Assembly (NCBI RefSeq): GCF_006345805.1
Contig: NC_042998.1
Location: 172,794,001-172,858,000 of the forward strand
DNA: 64,000 nt
Direction: 5' to 3'
Source: Octopus sinensis
Lineage: Eukaryota
The position numbers and the translations under genes are program-made. The notes under the pieces are model-generated. The model saw nothing but the letters and a program-made list of their open reading frames with translations. It had not been told where the DNA came from and made no database searches. Below, piece by piece: positions 1 to 12,555 of the stretch; the stretch's first letter is position 1; each line of letters opens with the position of its first letter.

Positions 1-433
1 ACCGAACTAAAGTTTTCTGTAATAATGTTATATTATGTTACAAGTTTCACACATCGTATGAATCCAAAACTTCATATTAAATCGAATCCAAAACTTCATA
101 TTAAATGCTAATATTAAGTCGCTTTTCTTTACCATTTGAATGATCGGATTTACTAGCATATAAGACGTAATCTCGCATGAGACAAGTCCCTACTTTTTGC
201 AGAAAAATGTATATGTTTGAAGTTACATACTTTTACGTGAATGTATAAGAACAGCAAGTCACTATGTCTTATTTCCTTTGTGAATTTAATGGGATATTGG
301 AAGGTTGTTCAAAATGCTATTGAATAATTGTTACATTTAAGAATTAAAAAAAAAACGCTTCTTGTATACCGGCAAATACTGTGACTATCCTGACTTTGTG
401 TTTCTATAAATATTCGTCTTTTCCTGCGTGCAG

Positions 434-594
434 CTTTAACTATTTATATGGCAGTACTCTAGTTTCCGTGTTTTCATTAGTATTGTTAAATATTTATATG
501 GTTGGGTTTATACCCAAGTATACGTATTCCCGTAATTCAATGCAACTATTTGTGCTTCTCACTTTTGTCGTTATTTATTTTTTACAAAGTTTAC
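434..594 (+). CDS. Candidate internal exon encoding two hydrophobic (transmembrane-like) segments; gene unidentified
   Basis: Acceptor tcttttcctgcgtgcag| at 433/434 and donor TAC|GTAAGT at 594/595. Open frame FNYLYGSTLVSVFSLVLLNIYMVGFIPKYTYSRNSMQLFVLLTFVVIYFLQSL (phase 2 to phase 1). No homology recognised. Confidence 0.35.
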
Positions 595-2155
595 GTAAGT
601 AAAAAATGTCCATTGAAAAATATGTCGCCAAACATCACGAAATATATCTCATGTAACGCGTTAATGAATTTAATATAAATGGTATGTTCACCTATATGTT
701 CACCGAATTTGCTTATTATACATATGTATGCTCTCATACCCAATTATCTTTATCTTTTCTTTATCATTCATATAACACACATATATTCTTGTATGTTTCT
801 GTCTTTGTTAATATTACGAAATATATTTATTCCAGTTTATTTCAAAGCAGAAAGAAGTCCCTCACACACACACACACTCACACACACACACACATACATG
901 CTTATATGCATCTATGAATGTATTTGTATGTGTGATTATGCATGTATGCACGTGTGTGCGTGCGTACTTATATATAGTTTATCAAATGTCTAATGCATTC
1001 CAAGGAAGATCAGGGAGAGAAAATGATTTAAAAAAAAAATCTTATTAATTCATTTTATTTAGATTCACTTAATTTGTTAAAATATTTTCGTCGGTTTGAG
1101 ACTGAGACCTGTTCACTGACAAAATTTCGTGCTGTGACAAATTAAATTTAAATGTTTAAGTGAATCTAACGGATTTTGTGTGTTTCTTAAATGGTTTATA
1201 AACACCATCCACGCTGCAATTGTTTTCGTTCCAGCACATGATCTCAGATCAGGTCGCTTGCTAGGCGAGTACATCTCCGTAATCATTTTATTTAATTATT
1301 GATAAACGTGACGGAAAGGGTGAATCAAAATATAGTTTCAGGAATATAGTTTCAGAACCAGGAAATTGCATATAGCAATGTATTTCGTTTGATATCTTTG
1401 AGAAAGGCTTCTTCAAGCTGGTGAAACATATAATGGGCAATAAAATATGCAAGACCCTGTAGCATGAATTAGCGTAAAACAAAGAAAGTTAGGAAATCAA
1501 ATAAAAATTTAGGGGAAGCAGGTAAAATTAGAACCACTTCAAAAGCTAAAGTCCTTCAAGACAGTTCTCTGAGGGACTTCGCTCAATATTTACAATTCCT
1601 TCGAAGGAGAACGGTTGCAAGTATTTAATCGCGGCCATTTAAAAGCTTTTGAGTTATTTGTCGAGATCACAGATTGTTAAATCATTACACGATCGACTAT
1701 TGTGAAATACCTTTGCAAATCTAAATGTATTTATAGCACATATTTGAACGCTATTTCTATGCAGGTTTAATGAAACAGAATTTTATTAGTTTTCTTTAAA
1801 TCTTCGAGCTCCGAGTTACCCTTGTACAATTGTGCAGAGAGATAAAATAGTTGGACAGAAAGAGAAAGTACATAATGGAGAAATGGATAACATTGTTCAA
1901 GAGCCATATCTGCGCCACAACATGCTATCGTTCCTCGGCAAATTACTTGTTATAAAATACTATAGCTAAAGGAGATTGATGCTAATTGATATTAACATGT
2001 AAGCACAACTCTGAAACAGAAAACAGAAAGACACCACCTTACGGACTCATACCACATATAGTTTGTTGTGATTCGAGTCCAGTTTGTAGCTTGTATCTTT
2101 CCTTTATATTGTGTATGTCTAATGTTTTGTATTGACAATATTAGCAGCAGTAAAT

Positions 2156-2570
2156 GCAGCGAGCTAGTAGAATCGGTAGGCAAAATGCTCACCTGTCTTC
2201 ACGGTCTTAGTTCAAATTCCACCAAGGTCGATTTTACCTTTCATCTTTCCTGGGTTGATAGAATAAGTACCAATTGAATACTGAGACCGATGTAATTGAA
2301 ATAACCCCGTCCCCAGACATGTTGGCTTTGCACCAAAATTTGGAATTGATATTAACAGTAGTAAACGTGGCAAGCAGGCAGAATCTTTACCGCGCCGGAA
2401 AAAAAGCTTAGCGGCATTTCTTCCGACTTTACGTTCTGAGTTCAAATGCTGCCGTGGCCCCACTTTGCCTTTCATCCTTTCGGGATCGATAAAGTGCTAG
2501 CTGAACACTGGGGTCATTGAAATCGACTTACGCCCTCCCTGCAATTGTTGGCCTTGTGCCAAAATTTGAA
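2156..2570 (+). mobile_element. Two adjacent copies of tRNA-derived SINE family A (2156-2353, 2367-2570)
   Basis: tRNA-like head with A-box-like GGCAGAATC and B-box GAGTTCAAAT, followed by the family core GCCTTTCATCCTTTCGGG..CGATAAA..CACTGGGGTC..ATCGAC that recurs more than 12 times in the window. Confidence 0.8.
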
Positions 2571-2887
2571 GCCAGCCTTATAGTAGTAGGTAGTTCATAC
2601 GGTGAGGGATAATTCACAAATATTTTAAGTTATTAAATACCATTTAAGTGAGAGCCAAGTATAGGAACTTTTTATCTGTGGTACATAATGATAACGTGCC
2701 TATATGAGCTGTTTTCTATCATTGACATAGAGTATAAAGAATCCTTATTTATAACATCATATTTACTACTAATTTTAGTCATACTTCAAAATACATATTT
2801 ACGCTTCAGTTACCGTTTCTTAATACATACGTGCGCGCGCGCGAGCGCGCACACACACACCCGCACTCACACATATATGCAAGAGCA

Positions 2888-3074
2888 TGCTGAAAAGTTC
2901 TTAGCTTTAAGGGTATCAGGAAACGACTAGTTGGAGGCCCAACCTTCCGTGTTTTTTTTTTTACAGGACTGCTGTGATTAGTCTGTGAATCTGAGGGGGG
3001 AATATGTTGAATAAAATCATAATCAACAAAACTTCCTGTATTTTCTTTTATCCAAAGCTAGGAAATTTGCAGCA
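2888..3074. mobile_element. Mariner-derived MITE
   Basis: Imperfect TIRs tgctgaaaagttcttagcttt / aaagctaggaaatttgcagca. The internal GGAGGCCCAACCTTCC motif and a transposase C-terminal remnant (gtgaatctgaggggggaatatgttgaataa, ..LRGEYVE*) are shared with copies at 4145-4310 and 35570-35730. Confidence 0.65.
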
Positions 3075-3289
3075 CACACACACACACACATATATAGTTC
3101 ACAAATGAGATCCAGAGATTTTCCGCTTAGAAGACAGTAGTGTTCAAAAGATTCAAGCTTAGACTTCGATGTCTTTTCAGGGGATCGTTCCACAATGTAA
3201 AAAAGACTATTAGAGGGATCAAGTTGAGCAAGTATAGAAGCAATTATGTGGATAAACAAATTAGACACATCAAATATATTCTTTTCTAA

Positions 3290-3494
3290 ACAAGGCTCGA
3301 AATTTTGGAGGATCGGGGGGGGGGGGAGTCGATTAGATTGACCTCAGTATGCAACTGGTACTTAATTTATCGATCCAGAAAAGATGAAAGGCAAAATCGA
3401 TGTCGGCAGAATTTGAACTCAGAACGATAAGACAGACAGAATAACGCTAAGCATTTCGCCCGGCGTGCTAACGTTTCTGCCAGCTGGCCACCTT
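3290..3494 (-). mobile_element. tRNA-derived SINE family A
   Basis: Reverse complement of the family A head and core (GATGAAAGGCAAAATCGATGTCGGCAGAATTTGAACTCAGAAC..GCATTTCGCCCGGCGTGCTAACG). Confidence 0.85.
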
Positions 3495-3973
3495 AATATA
3501 TTAAATATATTAAATACATCAAATACAATATATATACATGTAAAATAAGAGAAAGCAAAAGATGAAAAAACTTTCAGATGAGGAATTTTTAAGTATAAAT
3601 ATATAGATATTTATATTAGTACGTCCAACCTACACAGATTACAAACGACGGAGAAAATTAATGGGGTGGGATAAAGGTGTTATAAGTTCAACAGCTGTTC
3701 CTGGTGGTTCGGATATTCATAATAATGTCGGTAGATTTATTTCATCACAATATGCGGCTGTATGCAATTGACATTGGGTGAGACGAGCCTCCGTCATCAG
3801 AGAACAGAAGATCTTACATTTCAGATCTTAATGCAAAGAAGTTCAAAGATGGAATGTGAAGAGCTTGCTGTATCAGAGGGGGAGTGGTGGGGTATTAAGT
3901 CAAGGAATGGTGAGAAGAGAAAAAATAGTTCAAGAAGATCGAGGAGGTAATAATGCAGGTGCTAAGGGAGATA

Positions 3974-4049
<76 letters not shown>

Positions 4050-4144
4050 CACGTGTGTGTGTTTGTTCTGTACACAAATGCACCCACATTTATACTGCAA
4101 AACGGTTTCAGTTCTTGGCTGACGCAGTTCACGGAGAAAGGGGC

Positions 4145-4310
4145 GCTGAAACGTTCATGGTTTTAAGGGTGTCGTGAAAGGCCTGGCTGGAGGCCCAACC
4201 TTCCTGTTTTTTCTTTTACATGGCTTCGAAAATAAATGAAGAACCGCTGCAATAAGGGTGTGGATCTGAGAGGGGAATATGTTGACTAAAATCATAATTG
4301 ATTGAGACTC
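4145..4310. mobile_element. Mariner-derived MITE fragment (same family as 2888-3074)
   Basis: ctgaaacgttcatggttttaagggt..ggaggcccaaccttcc..gtggatctgagaggggaatatgttgactaa. Confidence 0.6.
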
Positions 4311-4759
4311 CTGATTTTTCTTTGCAGCATCCCCTCGTAAAAATTGTATGAAATATCACATAGATATTTCACTTCGCCGCTAATACTTTTGGGAAAAATA
4401 ATAGGATACCGCAAGCAAATATCATTTTTCTGCTTAAAAACTAGTGGCTTCGGGTGATGTCGAAAAGACAACTACGAAATATAGGAGCACTGAACAACCT
4501 GGAAGCTAAACGCCTGAATGAAAATAAAATACAATTGTTTATCTAACACACCTAGTATCGACCAAATACTAACATAAGACGATAATGCAATTTGACAACT
4601 AGCCAGTATTAGCAAGGATTAAAGATTATCTTTTTCTTCTTCTCTCACTCTCGGCTTTGCTTCACTCCCAGTATCTCAGCCTCTTTCTAAGTTTATCTCT
4701 CAATACTCACTACGTTTTCCTTCCCCTATGCATACTTTTCTTACTTTCTTTCTTTCTTT

Positions 4760-4916
4760 CTTTCTTTCTTTCCTAATTTCTTACTTTTTCTTTTCCTTTC
4801 ATCTTACTTTCATTCGTTCTTTTCTTCTTTTTTTCTTTCTTTCATTCATTCACTATTTCTTTTTTCTTTCTTCCTTTCATTCTGTTCTCTTTATCTCTGT
4901 ACGCACGCATACGCAC

Positions 4917-4965
<49 letters not shown>

Positions 4966-5245
4966 GGTATTCTAATACTCTCTCTTTCTCTCTCTCTCTT
5001 TTCTTTCTTTCTTTCCTAATTTCTTTCTATTTCTTTTCCTTTCATCTTACTTTTATTCTTTCTTTTCTTCTTTTTCTCATTCTTTCATTCATTCACTCTT
5101 TCTTTTTTCTTTCTTTCTTTTTTCTTTATTTCTTCTATTCTGTTCTCTTTATCTCTGTACGCACACATACGGACGCAAACACACACACACACACTCACAC
5201 ACACACTCATACAGGTATTCTAATACTCTCTCCCTCTCTCTCTCA
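4760..5245. repeat. Tandem duplication of a ~245-bp low-complexity (CT-rich + CA) unit
   Basis: cctaatttc at 4772 and 5015; both units end in (CA)n-tacaggtattctaatactctc. Confidence 0.8.
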
Positions 5246-5477
5246 TAGATACACAAATACATGTTTGAATGAATAAACGAAAGAAAGTAGCATTTCTCTA
5301 ATTTCATTGAATTACATGTATTTAGTATCAGTTTTGATTCAGCTCTGTATAATTCAAAATTTTATAAGACACGTCAAATTTTCGGTGACAGTGTGTGCGT
5401 GCGCGCGTGAGTATGTGTATTGTAAGTCATATTCGTATATATAAACATACACGCACGCGTACATATAAGCGTGGTTA

Positions 5478-5630
5478 TATGGCTATAGGTGTTGTATGAC
5501 AAGAAGTTTGCTTTCCAACTACGTGTTTCCGGGTTCAGTCCCACTGCGTGACACTTTTAGAGAGTGTCCTCGACTTTAACCTCAGGTCTTCTGAGTTGAT
5601 TTGTTAGATTCAGGTTAAAAGAAGCCTGCC

Positions 5631-5692
<62 letters not shown>

Positions 5693-6190
5693 ATATATAT
5701 ATATCTGTAAATGTAATATGAGACAATTATTCGGTAGCCATGAAAAAACTCCGAATTTCGGATGTCATATGGCCATATGGCTGGATAACTGAAGTGTTGG
5801 CGGCGTGGATTTCCACTTCGGTATCCGAAACTCGAAGTTTTATCATGGCTACCGAATAATTGTCTCATATTACATTTACAGATAAATTTTTCTATTTACA
5901 TGATATCGAGGTTTCTTTTCTTCTTTTGTTGTCTTACCATTTGTATCAATATATATATATACGCATGTGTGTGTGTGTGTGTGTGTCTTTGACTCTGTGT
6001 TTGTTTCCATCACCGCTTGACAACAGGTATTGGGGTGTTTACATCCTTGTAATTTAGTGATTCGGCAAAAAGAAACGTACAGAGTAAGTACCACAAGTAT
6101 CTGGCTTTATAAAAATAGGTACTAGGTTTGATTCGTTCAATGAATATTCTTCAAAGTGGTGTACGAGCATGGTCTCAATCTAATGGTTGA
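5478..6190 (+). mobile_element. Degenerate composite SINE family B, interrupted in its internal (TA)n by a fold-back element
   Basis: Head GGTTCAGTCCCACTGCGTG at ~5530 and tail caccgcttgacaac..ttcggcaaaaag..gcatggtc at 6010-6180, matching the intact copy at 8615-9046. Confidence 0.7.
5702..5884 (+). ncRNA. Fold-back inverted repeat containing a degenerate type I hammerhead (5784-5844)
   Basis: Arms of ~60 bp (5702-5763 / ~5820-5884). Motif gataa-CTGAAGT-..-GAAA-ct(cga)ag-TT-ttatc gives helix I gataa/ttatc and helix III act/agt; A9 is changed to U and helix II is weak. Confidence 0.55.
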
Positions 6191-6208
6191 AACAATTAAA
6201 CGAATACA

Positions 6209-6310
<102 letters not shown>

Positions 6311-8614
6311 ATATACAATTCCCGAGCGTGATACAAATACATCTGTTTGTTTTCTACACCACCTGTCTTCGTCTTTTGTTTCTTCCGTGAATTCTCCCCT
6401 ATATATACGTATATACATATATATACGAATATACAAATATATACATATATCACGCGATCAAAGAAAATTTCGAAAGTAATAGTCGTCATACTTATAGCAC
6501 AGCCGATCTAGTACATGGAGCTTCACCAGAGTGAATACAAATACATAAAATAGAAGAAGGGTAGCGGGAAGAGGAAAGAATATCGTCTCGAGATGAGGTA
6601 AGAAGACTGAATAAATTAGAATCATAACATTTTGCAGTGTAAAGCTTGAAATATTTTCTCATCCTGAAGCAAAAGCCTATCGTTACGGAGAAAGTTTTAC
6701 CAATAATATATATGTAGACTCATTAATATCAGAGATTTTGACGACCTTTTTAAAACGAGTTTACTGTTTACATATATATGGAAGATTTAATTTTTTGAGT
6801 CACTTTTTTTAATGCGTAATGGTTGTAGCGTTGCACTGTTGAGTTTTACTAGAGTGTCATATTCGCAATGCATGATGTATTTGCGATATCTATTCCTAAT
6901 ACAAATGCTTCTATATATTTGGTACCAAGCGAAGATGTAGAGAAATTTTATCAACCATAAATCATTTAACGTCTAGAACGTTCATATAGACAATTTTGTA
7001 TGAAATTATATACGCACGTATGTTTGTTGCAAGGTTTCCATAATGTGCAAAGCATCTGAGACTGTGTTTATTGATAATATTAATTTTATGCCTTAAAAAA
7101 GGTACATTCTTCTTGTTTTACTTTATATAATGTTTGTAATTCTAAACTGGTATGCAGCAAAATTACCAAAAGCAACACTAATTGAAATCTGCCAAACAGA
7201 AACTCTAGGATTATTCTCCAGTACCAAAAATAAATGCTTTTGTTCTGATCAGTTGTGCAGTCAACTTTTACGATGCACAAATGTAATCCACACATGAATT
7301 CTGCTCATACATTTAGAACAGTAATGTTGCTATTCCAGAATTATAGATGACAAAAACAAACGGTCACCTGACTTATAGCTGACATTTATTCATCAGCTCT
7401 CTACATAAACTTGATAACACAAGTGCTCTTGATTCTGTGACTTCAAGCGATAATACGATGGCGTCTGTTTTCTGAAACTTTGTATCAAGCAAGCGAAAAC
7501 AGACAACGGCTCAAAGAAGTTATGCCAATTTTACTGAATGGTAAAATATTGTTTCTTTCACCTTCGCCCCATAATAATTTCTAATAGCATTTCAGTGATC
7601 ATTGATTGACGCTGCTGCGCTAGACTAAATTCACTATTGCTTTTCATGTTATTGACATTTCTGAGTAATTTAGTACCTGTCTTAATTGTCTACACCAACA
7701 ACGTATATAGAGTTGGTCTTTTTAATTAATTTTCTTTCTCTTATCCTTACTTTGGCAACTACGGAGAAGTACCTGCAAATGTTTCGTCAAGTAGGATGAA
7801 TAAACTGAAATATGTCTGAAGTAGTTTACAATTGCCTGAATAATTTAGAAATAAATTAATTGCTATTTTCTTTTCATCATCGCATTATTCCATTTAACTT
7901 CTTCAACACACGATACATTAAATACACTAACTTAAGAATAACGCAAGAAAAGTAGTGTCAAAGGCAGCGGTCTGTTCCAACAAAGATAATTCAACAAAAT
8001 TGAATAAAGTGTTTGGGTAAGTTTCTATGCTATGTACTGATGAGGAACTTGATGTAACGGGATTGATACTTCAATTGCCGAACAAATTACTTCCTCTCAG
8101 ATGTAGAATCAGTCCCATGATATCATATTTCTCTCTTACCATCGCATTCGAATAAATCCAGTATAAAAGCACTTCTCCATTTCATCAATAAAAAGTGTTC
8201 AGTTTTGTGTGTATAATGACCACCCACTGTTTTTTTTGTTAAATCGTGACTCATACTCTTTATGTATGCATTTCTTAAATAAAACAATTGAAAAGGATTT
8301 TTATTTATTAATCCCTGTCATCTAAAACTATATAATCTTTAATACCTGCAAATGTAAAGTTGTTGACAGAGTTCCATTGTGGGACTAAAGGAAAGCTAAC
8401 ATATAGTAAATTGTATTAAATACAATAACAGTGACAATATTCTTTTTATTGTGTTTGAGGAGAGTCAAATTGTTTATTGTTAAATATAATAACATTTAAT
8501 ACAATATTATGCATAAGCTGTGCGAATTTTGTAGAATGAACTCGAAAGAACAAATAGTGAGTCCATTATTTCACAATATTTATTCCGTTATCAGTTAAAC
8601 AAATAAAAATAATT

Positions 8615-8784
8615 CATAGGCGTATGAGTGGCTGTGTGGTAAGTAGCTTGCTTACGAACCACATGGTTCCGGGTTCAGTCCCACTGCGTGGCTCCTTGGG
8701 CAAGTGCCTTCTACTATAGCCTCGGGCCGACCAAAGCCTTGTGAGTGAATTTGGTAGACGGAAACTGAAAGAAGCCCATCGTAC

Positions 8785-8837
<53 letters not shown>

Positions 8838-9046
8838 CGTGTATGTGTGTGCGTGTATTTGACTGCATATATATTGTTTCTGTGTTTGACAACCGATGCT
8901 GGTGTGTTTACTTAGCGGTTCGGCAAAAGATACCGATAGAATAAGTTCTAGGCTTACAAAGAATAAGTCCTGGGGTCGATTTGCTCGACTAAAGGTGATG
9001 CTCCAGCATGGCCACAGTCAAATGACTGAAACAAGTAAAAGAGAGA
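8615..9046 (+). mobile_element. Intact composite tRNA-derived SINE family B (head + internal (TA)/(TG) microsatellite + tail)
   Basis: A-box TGGCTGTGTGGTAAG, B-box GGTTCAGTCCC, body to GGAAACTGAAAGAAGCCC, microsatellite 8784-8870, tail ending CAGTCAAATGACTGAAACAAGTAAAAGAG. Confidence 0.9.
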
Positions 9047-9189
9047 GTTATAGTAAAGTGTCGTAGGAAGATCTACCAAGGTATATTTAAATTTGCTTTT
9101 TCTCATAAATGTAGGTTGGTATCTTTATTGTGTTGCATACTAAATATATTTATACATGTTCGCATCTATCTCCTGTAATTTCTTTACAA

Positions 9190-9614
9190 TAAAGGACAGA
9201 CAAACGGATTAAGTTGATTATATCGACTCCAGTGCGTAACTGGTACTTATTTAATTGACCCCGAAAGGATGAAAGGCAAAGTCGACCTCAGCGGAATTAG
9301 AACCCAGAACGTAACGGCAGACGAAATACCGCAAAGCATTTCGCCATGCGTGCTAACGATTCTCCCAGTTCGCCGCCTTATAATACCTATTTCTTTACTG
9401 CCCACAAGGAGTTAAACACTCAGGGGACAAATAAGGACAGACAAACGGATTAAGTCGATTACATCGACCCCAGTGCGTAACTGGTACTTAATCGACTCCG
9501 AAAGGATGAAAGGCAAAGTCGACCTCGGCGGAATTTGAACTCAGAACGTAACGGCAGCCAAAATACCGCAAAACATTTCGCCCGGCGTGCTAACGATTCT
9601 GTCAGCTCGTTGCT
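9190..9614 (-). mobile_element. Two tandem copies of SINE family A (9190-9380, 9384-9614)
   Basis: Two near-complete reverse-complement copies of the family A head and core. Confidence 0.9.
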
Positions 9615-9727
9615 TTTTACAATCTAAATATTGTTCTTTTGGTTTAAAATATATGAGGAGAGCGAAGCCAGTTCCCGCTTTCGAATTCTGCACCGGCTTC
9701 TTTACTGTTCGGTAAAATGGTATTCGT

Positions 9728-9985
9728 GGAGGTGGGGCGCTTAGTGGTTAGGGTGTCTGCATTATGATCATAAGATTGTGGATTCGATTCCTGGAGCGGG
9801 CAACGCGTTGTGTTCTTGAGCAAAACATTCATTTCACGTTGCTCCAGTCCACTCAGATGGCAAAAATGAGTAACGCTGTGATGGATTGGCGTCTCGTCCA
9901 GCTAGGGAACACATATACCATTGAAACCGGGAAACCGGGCCCATGAGCCTGGCTAGGCTTGAAAAGGGTGCATGAATAAAAAATA
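9728..9985 (+). mobile_element. tRNA-derived SINE family D
   Basis: A-box GGCGCTTAGTGG, B-box GATTCGATTCC, central CTTGAGCAAAAC..TTTCACGTTGCTCCAGTCCACTCAG, A-rich end. Truncated relatives at ~28130-28245 and ~58170-58210 (minus strand). Confidence 0.75.
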
Positions 9986-12321
9986 TAAAAAATGGTATTC
10001 AGAATATACATCTCGGTATGTCGAGTTTGGTCTTAGTCACATTCTCTAGTAAACTATAAAATACGTACAACTGGTTAATGGAATCAAATACATTGTCGTT
10101 GTATTCTACCAAAGAGTAAAACGCAACATCCTAAAATATTCAACAATGAAACTTTCTTGAGAAAAATATCACCGTACGCTCAAGTACTCTTATTTATAAA
10201 CTTTAACATAACTACTCTAAGTACAAAAGTAAAAATAAATAATAAATTCAAGTAAACAGAATTAAAATTACACTGTAATTATAGTATGACAAGAAATTAT
10301 AATTATTTTGAGATAACAAATAAAACTAAAAATTGAAACAGCTTGTTGCTATTCTAAGTGAAATCGTCGAAATCTCTCTTTACTTGAATTCTATTCTAAA
10401 AGTGCTTACTACTTGCAGAGTTTTAAGATTTGTGAAAGTTTTTCTATTCATAGTTTGGTCATTATCTAAACAACGACGTCAAGTACTTCACACCACTAGT
10501 TTAGTATGACCACCAACGAGTCTTTAGTCATACTTACAGATATAAGCGAAAATATAATGAATCGTTTTCCGTTGGCTGTTGTACATTATAAAGAAAAAAA
10601 TGCTAACTAAGCCAGCTATATACGTGTGTTTGTCATTAATGTCTTCGTGTTTTTGTGTCACGAAGAAATATAGAAGAAAAAGGGTGAGAAAGAGTGTGAG
10701 GAAGAGAGACTCAACTAAAACATAGGTGAGAGAAACAGATGCGTGCAGTGAAACAATTAAAGTTGAAGGTAGAAATTTTAATAGAATTCTTGAATAAAAC
10801 GAGAAAATTATCTGTTTACCATCGCTGCACATCTTGGAACTTTTTCACTCCTACTCTCAGTCATCTCTGCTGTGTTTTAGTGTTTCGTATTTTCTCCTGT
10901 AGTTTTCCATATACTAATAGCCAACTTGCTGTCACAGCCAACAACACCTACTCTTACGAGGACCATACATCCCATCATGCTTCCCTAACTTTCACCAGCC
11001 TCGCATTATACGCTCGAAAACTAGGCACCACATGCCGAACCTGCACTGATGCCACGAAGGAAAATTTCGAGAGCCTTCTTCAGTGGGTCAATGACGATTT
11101 GTCTATTTCAAGAGCAAATCCTCAAGCACTACACAATACCAAGGAAAACTATCGCAACACCATACACACATTAAATGCGAACAGTACTTACCTAGAGCTG
11201 TCATTACAGCTCAGTATCACACATGATATCCGCAAGCCTTTCTCTTCAGAACAAAAAAACAATACTTCAGCAACTAACAATCTGAAAAACTTGCGATGGA
11301 GTATCACAATAATCCCTCGACATTCGCAGGCGTTACTTTCCAAAACCCCACGTGATAGGTGAAAATTCGCGAAGTACTTTATATTTTTCTATAATTTTTA
11401 TGATTTGTATATATTTTCTTTATTACTTTTATGTATTTACGCTTTTATAAACTCTCCTCTCTCTCTTAGGAGTACCCATGCTTTCTCTGTTTCCGCCTCC
11501 CGAATTTCATTTTCCATACAGTATGTGCGATTCGTTGTTTACTCATTTACGGTACACTACGTATTTTCTTTTAATATAATTTAATTAATGCTTATTTAAT
11601 TAATGTGTTATAGAGTGCAGTACTCTACTGTATTTTTATTTATAAATTTATTACTTTTTAGGCGTGAAAATGCTTATTTTACCACGGAAATAATTAAAAT
11701 CTGAAAAAAATATAAATATCTATCGGCCGCAGATATAAATTTACGTATATTAGTCAGAAAAAATCCATAATGTGCTGTGGGCGCGGTAGGTGAACCACAA
11801 TATGGCGAGTAGTTATTGTACTCCCATAACTGGACGTTGCAACCTCACACAAAGCCGTCACACACACACACATACCCTAGGTCTTATCTGATGAGAACCA
11901 TTGGCTTAAAAGCACTCACAGACATGTCCCACTATCAGTCCAAATGATTTACTCTCATTTCTCAAAACCTCTTCTACCTTTGTTTCTCGGGGTTAGTTGA
12001 ACTTATGTGTTCTTCATTCAAGTTGTTCCAATACCCTTGTTTCTCGTTTTGTAATCTTCTTTGAAGAGTCCAACTCTCTTATTTTTAGAGAGCTTCTATC
12101 TCCAAATCTCCCTTCTCACCAATCGTATGATATCTCATCACTGTTCCAGTCTCATCTCTGTTCCAGATGTCGACTTACAGTATTTTAAATAGCATATTGA
12201 TGAATCTCACTTCTCTCGGAGGGTTTGCCTTCGGATCCTTCCTTCAAGACCGTCAAGCAAGATAGTATGGTGTTACACACTCACATACACACACACGTAT
12301 ATATATATATAAATATATATA

Positions 12322-12500
12322 TATATAGGGAAAATTCACGAAAAATAAACAACAAAAGACGAAGACAGGTGGTATAGAAAACAAGCACATGTATTAGTAT
12401 AACGCTTGGGAATTGAAAAAGTCTTTAACGTTTTGAGCCTTCGCTCTTCCACAGAAAGGAACACTGAAAGAAAGAAGGAGAGAAAAAATGTGTGTAGTGG
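12322..12500 (-). mobile_element. (TA)n-anchored short element with hammerhead-like motif (12422-12458), family H
   Basis: Same AAAAGACGAAGACAGGTGG..GTATTAGTAT tail as 35236-35410 and 53510-53700. Minus-strand motif cttt-CTGTGGAA-GAGC-gaag-GCTC-AAAA-CGT-T-AAAG, with GAAA mutated. Confidence 0.6.
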
Positions 12501-12521
12501 CTACCGAACTATCATAGCGAA

Positions 12522-12552
<31 letters not shown>

Positions 12553-12555
12553 TTA

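Noticed and set aside
7990-8016. RhoGAP-like spacing NK....L..VFGPT across the hypothetical 8016/23611 junction
   Set aside because: It depends on an unproven splice, no other RhoGAP motif is present, and it conflicts with the hydrophobic upstream exon.
8030-8100. CTGATGA..GAAC hammerhead-like motif
   Set aside because: A15.1 is missing, helix II is mismatched, and there is no helix I or III.
8615-8700. tRNA-like sequences at SINE heads (also 9728, 24767, 57990-58075)
   Set aside because: They retain A/B boxes but no full cloverleaf and run into repeat bodies, so they are SINEs rather than tRNA genes.
11786-11796. GTAGGTGAACC resembling the 3' end of 18S rRNA
   Set aside because: An 11-nt match only, with no flanking rRNA similarity.
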